Shown here: one piece after another, positions 48,673 through 58,769 of the stretch
Layout of the letters: each line of letters begins with the position of its first letter
How positions within the stretch are numbered: position 1 is the stretch's first letter
Source: Candidatus Margulisiibacteriota bacterium
Lineage (GTDB): Bacteria > Margulisbacteria > Marinamargulisbacteria > UBA817
Direction: 5' to 3'
DNA length: 60,165 bases
Assembly: GCA_016779165.1 (NCBI GenBank)
Contig: JADHOE010000003.1
Location: 1 to 60,165 of the forward strand
Made by a program: the position numbers and the translations under genes
Notes under the pieces: generated by a model
Database searches by the model: none
The model's input: only the letters and a program-made list of their open reading frames with translations
Told to the model about the DNA's origin: nothing

Positions 48673-50240
48673 CGAATCAAAGGGTGTTGCCAGCCACGAC
48701 CAAACGATTGCCCTGACACTTTGATAATGGGGGGCGACTGAAATCGCTTGAATTCATTTATTTTTAACCGATTTAATACAAAATCCACATCTGATTTATC
48801 GTTCATTTTATACAATTCATAATCTGTAGCATTATGAATCATGACTTGGTTTAAAATGGCATCAAGAATAGGGTATGGAGGCAAAGTATCCTCATCATGT
48901 TGGTTGTATGCCAACTCAGCCGATGGGGCCCGGTCAATGATTCGATGCGGGATCCAATTCGTATTGTCATTAATGTGATTTGCCAATGCCACGACATCTG
49001 TTTTGAACACATCGCCAATCGGGTTCAATGCACCGCACATGTCCCCATACAATGTTGCGTACCCCATTGCCAACTCACTTTTATTGCCAGTGGTCAGCAG
49101 CAATGCGCCTTGCTGATTCGATAATGCCATGAGCATCAGCCCCCTTAATCTTGCCTGCAAATTTTGCTTGGTAAGCTCACTTGGTGGCCCCACATGGTCG
49201 TTTAGGTGGGTATCAAGCGCTACCCTAAGGTTTTCAATGGGGCAATTGATATAATGTGCACCCAACCGTCTGGCCAATTCCTTGGCGTCCGCTTTGGTAT
49301 CCTCACCATTGTACTTTGTAGGCAGTGCCACCAATGTAACACGATCGCAACCCAACGCGCGAACAGCCAATGCGGCAACAACGGCAGAATCAATGCCCCC
49401 AGATATCCCCAGCAATACCTCACCGCCTGGCCCGTTGGTACGAGTTACATACTCCCGAATTCCGTAGACAATGGCCATTGTCAGCTCTTGCAAGGGCAGG
49501 CATGGCTCGGCCGGTTCAATCGTATCCACCATGCATTCCTTAAAGGCCGGGTAACGGGCGAACTCGCCATTGGGCTCCATCACCATGCTTTGTCCATCAA
49601 ATATAATATCCGCAAACCCGCCCACTTGATTCACACTTGCAACAGTGGCACCTGTTTCATTAACCACCCGCATTAACCGTTGCTGTCTCGCTGCCATCTT
49701 ACCTTGTTCATACGGAGATGCGGCAATGTGCACAATTAAGTCCACCCCCATGCCGTTCAACTGACGAACAGGATCAATCCCGTATGGTCGGTCGCTGGCC
49801 CAGATATCTTCACAAATTAATAATGCAATGGTTTTCTCCTGCCATTCAAACCCAGCGACAGTGTCGCCTGGTGCAAAGTACCTGGAATCATTAAATACAT
49901 CATAATTTGGCAAACAACATTTAAAATAACGATGCAAAATCAAGCCATTGGAAATAGCAATAGCGGCATTTTTCCAACCATCATCGGTCCAAAACGGGGT
50001 ACCCATTACAATTAAGGAGTCCCTGCCCTCGCTTGCCTTTTTCAATTTAGAAATGGCATTATCTATTCGTTTTTTTGGATGATTTCGCAGCCATTCATCT
50101 GTTGGCGGGTATCCAATTAAAAATAACTCGGAAAAACATATCACCGAAGCATCCAATCCGTGGATCGCATCAATGGCTCGATCAACGTTGCCTTCAATAT
50201 CACCCAACGTTGGTCGCAGTTGGCAACAGCTTATGCGCAA
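48669..50240 (-). CDS. nadE: Glutamine-dependent NAD+ synthetase
   Basis: Nitrilase-like domain (FSELFLIGY, KCCLPNYDVFNDSRYF, ICEDIW) plus LGISGGIDS, QNLQARLRG, TGNKSE...GYATLYGD and PSAEL. Confidence 0.96.
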   Translation of the reverse strand: MRISCCQLRPTLGDIEGNVDRAIDAIHGLDASVICFSELFLIGYPPTDEWLRNHPKKRIDNAISKLKKASEGRDSLIVMGTPFWTDDGWKNAAIAISNGLILHRYFKCCLPNYDVFNDSRYFAPGDTVAGFEWQEKTIALLICEDIWASDRPYGIDPVRQLNGMGVDLIVHIAASPYEQGKMAARQQRLMRVVNETGATVASVNQVGGFADIIFDGQSMVMEPNGEFARYPAFKECMVDTIEPAEPCLPLQELTMAIVYGIREYVTRTNGPGGEVLLGISGGIDSAVVAALAVRALGCDRVTLVALPTKYNGEDTKADAKELARRLGAHYINCPIENLRVALDTHLNDHVGPPSELTKQNLQARLRGLMLMALSNQQGALLLTTGNKSELAMGYATLYGDMCGALNPIGDVFKTDVVALANHINDNTNWIPHRIIDRAPSAELAYNQHDEDTLPPYPILDAILNQVMIHNATDYELYKMNDKSDVDFVLNRLKINEFKRFQSPPIIKVSGQSFGRGWQHPLIR

Positions 50241-51394
50241 CGTACAAGGTTCCCACTGGACTGAATGCCCGTCACCCCTTTGGGTAACATTAAGGGCACA
50301 AATGGAGAAATGCGTTCGACGCTTCCCCCATCCAAATCCACACAGTCGTCAAGCACAAACTCCCGGGTTGTCCCATCTGGATTCCAACAAGTGACAACAG
50401 TGCCTTTGTCGATTTCAACAAAAAATTCAATCAACAATGCATCATCTTTTTTTACCGATAATACCCGCCCAATCTTATCATTCTGTTTTGGAACGTCATG
50501 ATCACGCCAATCCACATCTGTTTGGTTGGACAAAAAGAACCCCGGCTTTTGCGGCACATTGGATAAGGCCTCCAACTGTCGCACCCCATCGTCAATCGTG
50601 GCATCATCGGCTGTTGCTAGGTTCGCATACAAATTAATGGCAACTTTGGCATAATCCTCCGATACCCCCCGTGCATCAATCAACCATGGCATGCTCCCAA
50701 GTGCGATCACTTTTTTTTTGGACCTGGCCAAACATCGGTGAAATTGGGCAAACATAAAATGTCCAAATGCCGTATTCAAAAACGTAAAGGTTCGATGCGG
50801 CAATTCTGGATCTTCGGCTGTTAAACGAATGGGCAGATTTGGATCAAACTGATACAAATCAGATAAAAACCGACGCCGAGAATATTGAATACAAATCGGG
50901 CCTTGAACAAACAATTCCAATGCAGGTTGAGGCAATGCGTCTTGAAAGCGCTGTATCGTCGAACATGGGGTTTCATGATTCAATGTCATTATGGCAGCAC
51001 CTCTGGTGAATGCACTTGAAATGGCGGCGGTGTTCTGAAACCCTGTTTCGGGGTTAAACTGAATGGCGATATCCGGAAATTTGGCCCTTGCCCACACCAT
51101 CATCCCAGGGTCTTGCACTCGAAATGCATTAAACACCTTATCCAAGGCTCGTGCCCTTATGGTGCTTTCTATCACCTGCAATTCATGCGATGAATACAAC
51201 CCATCTAAATTGAGCGCCATAAATAAAGGCCGGCATTTGTCCTGAACATCCTCTATTTCATCATTGCCCCAATCATACCTGTCATGGGAACGAACCGAGC
51301 AAAATGGGCAGTCAATGATTAACGTATGAATATCGTATGATTTCAACCAATGGGCATGATTTGGGTGTGTGACATACGTGGATAACATTGTCAT
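50231..51394 (-). CDS. Divergent peptidase-U32-family protein (YrrN/TrhP1-like partner subunit)
   Basis: VQDPG, FNPETGFQN, LELFVQGPICIQYSRRRFL (cf. U32 HG..C...S.R); coupled to the adjacent U32 gene. Confidence 0.7.
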   Translation of the reverse strand: MTMLSTYVTHPNHAHWLKSYDIHTLIIDCPFCSVRSHDRYDWGNDEIEDVQDKCRPLFMALNLDGLYSSHELQVIESTIRARALDKVFNAFRVQDPGMMVWARAKFPDIAIQFNPETGFQNTAAISSAFTRGAAIMTLNHETPCSTIQRFQDALPQPALELFVQGPICIQYSRRRFLSDLYQFDPNLPIRLTAEDPELPHRTFTFLNTAFGHFMFAQFHRCLARSKKKVIALGSMPWLIDARGVSEDYAKVAINLYANLATADDATIDDGVRQLEALSNVPQKPGFFLSNQTDVDWRDHDVPKQNDKIGRVLSVKKDDALLIEFFVEIDKGTVVTCWNPDGTTREFVLDDCVDLDGGSVERISPFVPLMLPKGVTGIQSSGNLVRCA

Positions 51395-52548
51395 TGAACC
51401 AATAAACTATGCGCTGGCAGCGCGCCATCAATCCACACCCACTGATTAGGACTCGCTTGGCTCAATGGGTGCCCAAGCAATGATTGCAGTTGAACAGTAT
51501 GCGAACATAAGTCCGCATTGTTTGGTTGAATATACGATACGACCTCACCATGTTTGAGTGGTTGCTTGGTAGAAACAAGTGATTTCCCGCCCTGAGATTG
51601 AACAACAATCCCCATAAATTGGTGGGACGACGAATACCCATTCCAATCATAAGAAATGGATGATTCGTTGGCCGGGCGTGCCAGACTTGCCTGCGTAAAC
51701 CCTCGGTTCGACACACGGGACAATTGCTGCTTTAAGGCGTCTTTTTTTTCGTAGAATAAGCCAGGATCATCCGCAAAGGCATCAATCGCCAATCGGTATT
51801 GCTGGCACGCGTTGGCAACATAAAGTGCCGACTTCATTCGACCTTCAATTTTGACGGCATCCACCCGGTATTTAAAATAATCTGGAACCAGCCCAAGGCC
51901 CATTAAGTCCTTGGAATTCATAATATACGTTACATCCCCGTTTGATAATTGATACGAATGACGACAAGACTGAATGCACCCGCCACGATTGGAGTCTCGG
52001 CCCGATGCCACATTTGATATGGTGCATTTCCCAGAAAAACTGCTGCACATGGCACCATGAATAAACACCTCGGTTTCAACCCCTACCGCGGTTTTGATGG
52101 CCATTGATTCTGCCAAGCTGGTCTCTCGTGCCAAAACAACACGTGTTGCCCCCATGGATGACCACAATGCAGCACTGTACTCATTCATAATGCTGGCCTG
52201 AGTGGATGCATGAATGGGAATGGTTGTATGCTCACTCGCCAATGCACACACCCCCAAATCTGAAATAATTAACGCATCAATGCCCAATCCCTGGATGGAG
52301 GCAAGAAATGGAATCGCACGATCAATATCGGATTGATGAAAAAAAATATTTAAGGCCAAGTAGACCTTTTTTTTTCGTGCATGGGCAATCTCGCATAACG
52401 ACTCAAGCTCTGCTAATGTAAAGTTACTGGCTGACTTTCGCAGGCTAAATTGGTTGGTTGCTACGTAAACCGCATCAGCACCATAATTAAGTGCAATAAT
52501 TGCCTTTTCATAACTGCCCCCCGGGGCCACAATTAAGGGCTTGGTCAT
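51391..52548 (-). CDS. Peptidase-U32-family Fe-S hydroxylase (TrhP/YrrO-like)
   Basis: GADAVY, PIHASTQ, RVVLARE, HGAMCSSFSGKC...NRGGCIQSCR (four Cys) and KIEGRMKS motifs. Confidence 0.9.
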   Translation of the reverse strand: MTKPLIVAPGGSYEKAIIALNYGADAVYVATNQFSLRKSASNFTLAELESLCEIAHARKKKVYLALNIFFHQSDIDRAIPFLASIQGLGIDALIISDLGVCALASEHTTIPIHASTQASIMNEYSAALWSSMGATRVVLARETSLAESMAIKTAVGVETEVFIHGAMCSSFSGKCTISNVASGRDSNRGGCIQSCRHSYQLSNGDVTYIMNSKDLMGLGLVPDYFKYRVDAVKIEGRMKSALYVANACQQYRLAIDAFADDPGLFYEKKDALKQQLSRVSNRGFTQASLARPANESSISYDWNGYSSSHQFMGIVVQSQGGKSLVSTKQPLKHGEVVSYIQPNNADLCSHTVQLQSLLGHPLSQASPNQWVWIDGALPAHSLLVQ

Positions 52549-53042
52549 TTAGATTTTTTTTTTGATACAAAAAAAACAATCAACAACGAAATCACTACCC
52601 CCATGGCAACCAACGACGTGCCAATGGTTTTTGTAATCACTGAAAACACAATGCCTGTCAGCAATACAATGGGAATTTCGTTGAATACACGGCACCACTG
52701 TGAGGTGCGTTGAAAAGTCTGCTTAACCAACTGCTTGGCAAATTTGGACGCCACATGCTGGTACCCAAAGAGTGCCACAAGAAGCGCAAGCTTCAAATGA
52801 AACCACCCCTGTGAAAATGATTGAGACATCCCAGCCAAATGAAGCCCAATCAGCAATGAAATAATGGCAGAGGGTAACATGATGTATCGGCTTAACCGAA
52901 TGGCCATGGTACCCAAGGTTTGCTTAACAGACGTATCCGTTGATTCAGCGTAGTAAACAAAAATGCGCCCAATGTAAAAAAGTCCCGCACTCCACGCAAG
53001 AACCGCCAGTAAATGTATTGATTTAAAAATTGAGTAATCCAT
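52545..53042 (-). CDS. hemJ: Protoporphyrinogen IX oxidase HemJ (CopD-like)
   Basis: KSIHLLAVLAWSAGLFYIGRIFVY, WFHLKL and RVFNEIP motifs; start ATG 53042. Confidence 0.9.
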   Translation of the reverse strand: MDYSIFKSIHLLAVLAWSAGLFYIGRIFVYYAESTDTSVKQTLGTMAIRLSRYIMLPSAIISLLIGLHLAGMSQSFSQGWFHLKLALLVALFGYQHVASKFAKQLVKQTFQRTSQWCRVFNEIPIVLLTGIVFSVITKTIGTSLVAMGVVISLLIVFFVSKKKSK

Positions 53043-53129
53043 AAGGAAATTGTAGCCCATATTGAACGTGCATTCAATCATCAAATCATTTATGGTGAAT
53101 GATAGATTCATGCTATAATAGGAACTTAT

Positions 53130-53762
53130 ATGGCCATAATTTTTAGCCTCATTATATGGATATCTATCGCAGCAAACGCCATCAACCTTTACCCGCTACC
53201 GGCATGGGTTACAAATGACTTTCGCATTCAGACCAGCTATGGAATGCATCAATTCAAATCATTGTCTGATTCAAACTTAGACTTAGACCTGCATAAAATT
53301 ATTGACGTTGGGTTTAAATGGGGCGATCCTTTCCAAGGATTATCATTTGGCATGCAATTCTTCAATCAAGCAGTAACCACACCAATTAATGGCGACATTA
53401 ACCAAATCATTTGGGCATTAAATACCTTTAAAGTTCGCTGGCTTCACCCCATTATCGACGGAGAATTTAGCAGCATGTCTGGCTTTGTGTCTTTTGGATC
53501 TTTTTTGGGAGCAACAACATCCAAAACTTTTTCTGAAACCACGGGCATTACCGCGTACAAAGAACGAAGTGTCTCTGGCTATTTGGCAGATATTGGGGTG
53601 GTTTTTGGCTACGAAATGAATCCTGACTGGCATTTGTTTATTCAAACAATGCTTCAAGTCAGCTTTAGTGAAACCTCTCAGTCCTTGATTGGTATTTCGT
53701 CACCGGACATTGTTGATTTTTCAGGTGCCCAAGCCGCAATTGGTACCATTTTAAAGTTGTAA
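53130..53762 (+). CDS. Exported hypothetical protein, possibly a small outer-membrane beta-barrel
   Basis: Signal peptide; alternating hydrophobic/Gly strands (YLADIGVVFGYEM); stop overlaps the lpxB start (TAATG). Confidence 0.6.
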   Translation: MAIIFSLIIWISIAANAINLYPLPAWVTNDFRIQTSYGMHQFKSLSDSNLDLDLHKIIDVGFKWGDPFQGLSFGMQFFNQAVTTPINGDINQIIWALNTFKVRWLHPIIDGEFSSMSGFVSFGSFLGATTSKTFSETTGITAYKERSVSGYLADIGVVFGYEMNPDWHLFIQTMLQVSFSETSQSLIGISSPDIVDFSGAQAAIGTILKL

Positions 53763-54901
53763 TGCCCATCTTTATCTCAGTTGGTGAATCATCCGGCGAC
53801 ATGCACGCGGCACATGTCATTCAAGCCATAAAACACCTTAACCCGACCACCACCATATATGGCAATGGGGGCAAAAAAATGGCCGATGCTGGGTGCACCA
53901 TTATTCACAACGTTGTTAATAAAAGCAGCATTGGATTTCTTGAGGGCCTTGTTAAGGCGCCCTATTTTCTTGGTGTTTTTAAACGAACCAAAGCGTTTAT
54001 TTTAACCCATAATATTGATACAGTTCTTGTGATTGATCACCAAGGGTTTAATATCCCCCTGGCAAAATGGTGCCATCAACGTAATATCCGAATCATTAGC
54101 TTTATTTCCCCCCAGTTTTGGATGTGGGGAAAAAAAAGGTCAGCCATTCAATTCACATCCTATTGCCATAAAATAATTTGCATTTTTAAAGAAGAATTCG
54201 AATACTATTCTACTATTGCCCCCGAAAAAGCACGATTTTATGGGCATCCATTGGGGGCCATACTTCCCCCACCATCACCAATAAAAAAAGACATCCTTGG
54301 CTTATTCCCTGGGTCAAGGGAGCAGGAAATAGACCATTGCCTACCGGTCATGTTAACAGCCGCCCGGCAAATCATCGCCGATAATCCCAGATTGGAATGT
54401 CACATTGCCGTAACATCCTCGCAGGCAGAAACTCACATCAAAGCGATGAGCACGGCCATGGACTGTCCAGTTGTGATTCGACATGACTCTCATGCACTCA
54501 TCAACGACGTCCAAGCATCTTTAGTGGCATCTGGAACTGTATCATTGGAACATGCCATTTTAGGGGTACCCTGTGTCGTACTCTACAAATTTTCATGGCT
54601 GTCCCACGCCATTTTAAAGGCATTTATTTGGCCAAAAATTAAAACCCATTGCAGTGGGTTTGTTGCGCTACCCAATATTTTATCAAAAAAACAAGTTTGC
54701 CAAGAACTGTTGCAAAACGATGCATCTTCAAGTGCACTGCAGCAAGCGATTCTTCCATTGCTTGTTGACTCACCCGAACGTACAAGATTAGTTCAGCAGT
54801 TCAATCGTGTTCGCCAATTATGTCAACCAGAACCCGGCATTTTTGAGGCCATTGCCAAGGATATCATGGATTCCCCCACCACCAGCCATCCCTCAGGATA
54901 A
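53762..54901 (+). CDS. lpxB: Lipid-A-disaccharide synthase
   Basis: GESSGD, SPQFWMWG, GHPL, LFPGSR.QEI, ASGTVSLE and ALPNIL motifs. Confidence 0.94.
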   Translation: MPIFISVGESSGDMHAAHVIQAIKHLNPTTTIYGNGGKKMADAGCTIIHNVVNKSSIGFLEGLVKAPYFLGVFKRTKAFILTHNIDTVLVIDHQGFNIPLAKWCHQRNIRIISFISPQFWMWGKKRSAIQFTSYCHKIICIFKEEFEYYSTIAPEKARFYGHPLGAILPPPSPIKKDILGLFPGSREQEIDHCLPVMLTAARQIIADNPRLECHIAVTSSQAETHIKAMSTAMDCPVVIRHDSHALINDVQASLVASGTVSLEHAILGVPCVVLYKFSWLSHAILKAFIWPKIKTHCSGFVALPNILSKKQVCQELLQNDASSSALQQAILPLLVDSPERTRLVQQFNRVRQLCQPEPGIFEAIAKDIMDSPTTSHPSG

Positions 54902-54950
54902 CTCCGCCCCATCACTTTTCAAAAGCAGCGATGGCCCGTATTATGAAAGT

Positions 54951-55475
54951 ATGAATTCAATCATTGAGCTTGGCCACAAAACCCTTCGAAAAAAAGCATC
55001 GCCAGTTGCCGATGTTTTTTCACCAGAAATTGCATCGTTAATTGATCACATGGTCGAAGAACTCCAGAAAAAAAAAGGAATTGGCATCGCTGCGCCACAA
55101 ATTGGTGTATCAAAGCAGGTGTTTATTGTGGCCCCCGAGGGTTTATCCGCACCCTATGATTCATTGGACAATGGGCTCGTGGTCATTAACCCCACCATAA
55201 TATGCAGAACTGAAACGGTTACCTATGAATGGGAAGGCTGTTTAAGCATTCCTGGCATTCGAGGGTACATTCCTCGGCAATGTGACATTACCATTACCTA
55301 TACCAATTGCCATGGAGAGCTTAAAAAAGAGCATTACTCTGATTTCACTGCCAGAATATTTTTACATGAGTACGATCATCTCATGGGGGTTATGTTTATA
55401 GATCACATTGAGAATATTCAAACGGACCTGATTACCGATGGGTTTTATAAAATGTTAAGTGAGGACGACGCATGA
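54951..55475 (+). CDS. def: Peptide deformylase
   Basis: [18 protein letters not shown] and HEYDHL motifs; start ATG 54951. Confidence 0.96.
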   Translation: MNSIIELGHKTLRKKASPVADVFSPEIASLIDHMVEELQKKKGIGIAAPQIGVSKQVFIVAPEGLSAPYDSLDNGLVVINPTIICRTETVTYEWEGCLSIPGIRGYIPRQCDITITYTNCHGELKKEHYSDFTARIFLHEYDHLMGVMFIDHIENIQTDLITDGFYKMLSEDDA

Positions 55476-56014
55476 TATTATCTGACAAAACCATTCGATC
55501 ACTCATCAAAAAAAAGGAGTTGCATGTATCCCCTTTGACTGATGAACAAATTCAGCCCGCATCGCTTGACTGCACATTGGGGGACCACTTTCTTCGGATT
55601 GAGGACGCTGAAAAAACCCACCTGGATTTTGATCATCCCATCGAATACAAAGAAATTGTATCCACACAAATCGTCATTCCCCCACAATCATTTTTGCTCG
55701 CCACAACCAATGAATATATCGCATTGCCAAACCACCTTACAGCGTTTGTTGAAGGTCGAAGCTCCATTGGACGAATGGGGTTATTTATTCAAAATGCTGG
55801 CTGGGTAGACGCTGGTTTTGAAGGAAAAATCACCCTTGAATTATTCAATGCAAATTCACTACCCATTGTATTAAGCTCTGGCAGACGCATCTGCCAATTG
55901 GTATTTTGCCAAATGGACCAAGCGTCTGAGCACCCTTACCGAGGAAAATATTACAAGCAAGCACAATCCATGGGCAGTTTTATTGAAAAAGATTATGAAC
56001 GCACGGAAAAATGA
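55472..56014 (+). CDS. dcd: dCTP deaminase
   Basis: [37 protein letters not shown] and ICQLVF motifs. Confidence 0.95.
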   Translation: MILSDKTIRSLIKKKELHVSPLTDEQIQPASLDCTLGDHFLRIEDAEKTHLDFDHPIEYKEIVSTQIVIPPQSFLLATTNEYIALPNHLTAFVEGRSSIGRMGLFIQNAGWVDAGFEGKITLELFNANSLPIVLSSGRRICQLVFCQMDQASEHPYRGKYYKQAQSMGSFIEKDYERTEK

Positions 56015-56946
56015 CACGTGTCGCCAGCTGCCCTAGTTGCAATTCATATCAAAGCATTCGTTTAAACGAAAGTCAGTTGTCGTGCATAAAATGTAAAAAA
56101 AAATGGGGCATCCTATGCATTCACTGCAATATTGGCCAGCTGGTTAAAAAAAACACACAGTTGGAGTGTACCCATTGCTCAAAACCCCAGTCCCCGTCTC
56201 AGCTCACGTACATTATTAAGAATCGCTTGCATGTGGATGCGACAAATCGTTGCCAATATTGCAACAGCCCAACATTATCAAAAAAAAGTTCAAATATCAC
56301 ATCCCGATGCTTTGATCACCCCAACTGTGCCAACCAAGCCCATTTATTCGATGCCCCAAAAAAGCAAGACCCATTGGTTTTCTTAGACTTTGAAACCACG
56401 GGATTGGACATTGGCCAAGAATGCATTATTGAAATTGGGGCATGCAAGGTAGATGAAGATGGCAAAGAGTATTTTTTTCAAGAGTTGGTAAAACCCACGG
56501 GCCCTATAAAACCAATCATTTCAAAAATCACAGGCATCGACGATTCAATGCTCACCCATGCACCAAAATTGCACTACGTATTGGATGATTTCTTAGCATT
56601 TTGTGGGGATGCCAATATTGTGGCCCATAATGCCCAGTTCGATGTTCCTTGGTTGCTGGTCAGCATTTTACGCCATCAATTTAAGGTTAACTTTTCCAAG
56701 GTATTGTGCACCTTAAAATGGGCAAAACAAATAGAACCAGGTAAACGGTCATTGGGCGCACTAAGTAAAAAGTACAATATCGGCCATGAAAATGCCCACC
56801 GCGCCCTTGCCGATGCGGTGGTTACAAAATCCTTATACGATATTTATGTTGGGTCAAACGAAACCGTCCCCTTTGAACCTGTGGACCGCTACCTGGCCAT
56901 GTCAGAAAAAATTGTGGCGCAGTGTTCTGATTTTACGCAACCTTAA
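56011..56946 (+). CDS. DEDDh (DnaQ/PolC-type) 3'-5' exonuclease with a Cys-rich N-terminal extension
   Basis: [23 protein letters not shown] and AHRALADA motifs; N-terminus has CPSC, CIKC, CIHC, CTHC, CQYC and CFDHPNC. Confidence 0.9.
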   Translation: MTRVASCPSCNSYQSIRLNESQLSCIKCKKKWGILCIHCNIGQLVKKNTQLECTHCSKPQSPSQLTYIIKNRLHVDATNRCQYCNSPTLSKKSSNITSRCFDHPNCANQAHLFDAPKKQDPLVFLDFETTGLDIGQECIIEIGACKVDEDGKEYFFQELVKPTGPIKPIISKITGIDDSMLTHAPKLHYVLDDFLAFCGDANIVAHNAQFDVPWLLVSILRHQFKVNFSKVLCTLKWAKQIEPGKRSLGALSKKYNIGHENAHRALADAVVTKSLYDIYVGSNETVPFEPVDRYLAMSEKIVAQCSDFTQP

Positions 56947-57051
56947 CTTAGAATTTTAAGCGATTCCCCCAGTATTGGACCGCATTTTACCGCTAAATTG
57001 ACCCGTTATTACCACGAGTCGTTGAATGACCTTCTTTTTTGAGATTAACCG

Positions 57052-57068
57052 TTATGAATCATTCATAA
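57052..57068. promoter_or_regulatory. Perfect 8-1-8 palindrome upstream of the PorV-like gene
   Basis: TTATGAAT-C-ATTCATAA, 74 nt before the ATG at 57143. Confidence 0.55.
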
Positions 57069-57142
57069 TTTAATTAAATTTAATGTTTAAAGCACTTAAA
57101 AAATGGGTATAGAACCATTAGATACCAAAAGGGTGAGGGAGT

Positions 57143-58084
57143 ATGCAAATAAAAAATAATGACAGAATGTTAGGTTGGGCAATTGGGTTAATGGCATTGT
57201 TGCTCGTTGCGCCACGCGTGGAGGCGGCATCTTACCTAATGCTTACCGATTTAGGGTCGTCCGCTGAAATGATTCGTCGAGGAAACATTGAGGGGTTTAG
57301 CAAAGGGTCAAATGCCATATTTGAAAACCCTGCAGGCTTGCACCATGTGAATGTCATATCAACATCTGTATTTGCATCAGAAATCATGAAAGAAGTCAGT
57401 TACAGAAACGTTTCTGTGGCCATTGATTCCAGCATTGGGGCATTTGGAATTGGCTACATGGATGCAGGGGTAGACGACATTCCAAACACACGAAAAAATG
57501 GCAACATTATTGAAGCCATTGGTGTATTTTCTTACAAAAACAGAATTGTAAAAGTAGGCTACCAAGCCTCTATTACTGAACAGCTTCACCTGGGGTTGAG
57601 TGCCGTCGGATACATGAATGAAATTCACACCTACACAGGCAGTGGATACAATCTGGATGCTGGCTTACTGTATTCATTTTCAGAATTAAATGTATCGTTA
57701 TTTGCTCGAAATTTAATCCCAACCACCATTCAATACAAAGATACAGAAGACCCTACATATACCGGTGAGGAGGAGTTGCCGCTGCAAGTCATTTTGGGAG
57801 CATCTTACCCTTTTGGTGACATTGATTTAATGGGGCAATTTAAGTTTGATGGGATCAACACATTAATGTCTGCTGGCATGGATTACACCCCCGGGTTTTT
57901 ATTTAACATGCTTACCATATCGGGTGGCTACAAAGAGTTTTCCGTCATGGACACCTTGGCAAGCACCGTTACTATGGGTGTTGGGCTTAACTTATTTGGC
58001 TTATCCCTCGATTATGCGTATGAAAAAAGTGATCACTTCGAGTATGACGCAAACACATTTGCATCCGTTGGGTTCGATTTTTAG
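57143..58084 (+). CDS. Outer-membrane beta-barrel, PorV/PorQ-like (FadL-related)
   Basis: Signal peptide; GSSAEMIRRGN and AIFENPAGL plug motifs; alternating strands; C-terminal ...VGFDF with terminal Phe. Confidence 0.7.
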   Translation: MQIKNNDRMLGWAIGLMALLLVAPRVEAASYLMLTDLGSSAEMIRRGNIEGFSKGSNAIFENPAGLHHVNVISTSVFASEIMKEVSYRNVSVAIDSSIGAFGIGYMDAGVDDIPNTRKNGNIIEAIGVFSYKNRIVKVGYQASITEQLHLGLSAVGYMNEIHTYTGSGYNLDAGLLYSFSELNVSLFARNLIPTTIQYKDTEDPTYTGEEELPLQVILGASYPFGDIDLMGQFKFDGINTLMSAGMDYTPGFLFNMLTISGGYKEFSVMDTLASTVTMGVGLNLFGLSLDYAYEKSDHFEYDANTFASVGFDF

Positions 58085-58091
58085 TCCACAA

Positions 58092-58769
58092 TCATAAGTG
58101 AAAATTGGAATAACGGTTAAATTTACGCTTACGACAAAATCCGAACACCGTTATATTCTCCTTAACCAATGCCGATAATGCCGATGCCGTTATTGCAGAC
58201 TGGCAAATAAGAACTGCAGGCCTGAGTTTTAAAATCAATGGGACCTGGCTCATCATCAAGCGATGCGACAAAAGAAGCACTGGGTAATACGCCGTTTGAT
58301 TTTTTAACAAACGGCCAAGCATCTTGTATATTGCTGAGGGGGTGTCAATGCACTCAATCGTATGAATCTGCTTGTTTTGCAAACAAACACCAACAGAATG
58401 AGTGGCACCCGTTTGGCGATACAATGACTGTCCGTCTCGAAACATTCCTACCCAATTAACCACATGGTCATGCTGAAGCTGCAACGGGTGAATATCCAAG
58501 GGGTTCAGCGACAATACTACCTCAGGCGATGGATCCACACGGTACACCCCATCAATATTCTCAATGCGACATTGACGATTGCACCCCACCTTATCGTACA
58601 AAAAACCTTGAATTAAATCCTCACTGCACTGGGCAATGCCTTGAATGGCATACTCATTACCATCAACCATCAATCGATGATTTTTTTCAATCAGCAATAC
58701 ATCGTTATTCGATGATACCTTTTTACTTAAAACATCAAGCTGGTTAATTTTTATATGCTGATTCAGCAT
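58092..58769 (-). CDS. Degenerate FdhD/NarQ-like protein
   Basis: EDLIQGFL, LYRQTGATHSVG and NITVFGFCR...FNRY match the FdhD outline, but CGxC and EDVGRHNA are missing; TGATG overlap with the upstream phosphatase. Confidence 0.7.
   Translation of the reverse strand: MLNQHIKINQLDVLSKKVSSNNDVLLIEKNHRLMVDGNEYAIQGIAQCSEDLIQGFLYDKVGCNRQCRIENIDGVYRVDPSPEVVLSLNPLDIHPLQLQHDHVVNWVGMFRDGQSLYRQTGATHSVGVCLQNKQIHTIECIDTPSAIYKMLGRLLKNQTAYYPVLLLSHRLMMSQVPLILKLRPAVLICQSAITASALSALVKENITVFGFCRKRKFNRYSNFHL

Noticed and set aside
55472-56946. dcd plus exonuclease as an anti-phage nucleotide-depletion system
   Set aside because: This Dcd has housekeeping trimeric dUTPase-fold motifs, not the kinase-plus-zinc-deaminase architecture of defensive dCTP deaminases, and it sits in an lpxB-def operon.
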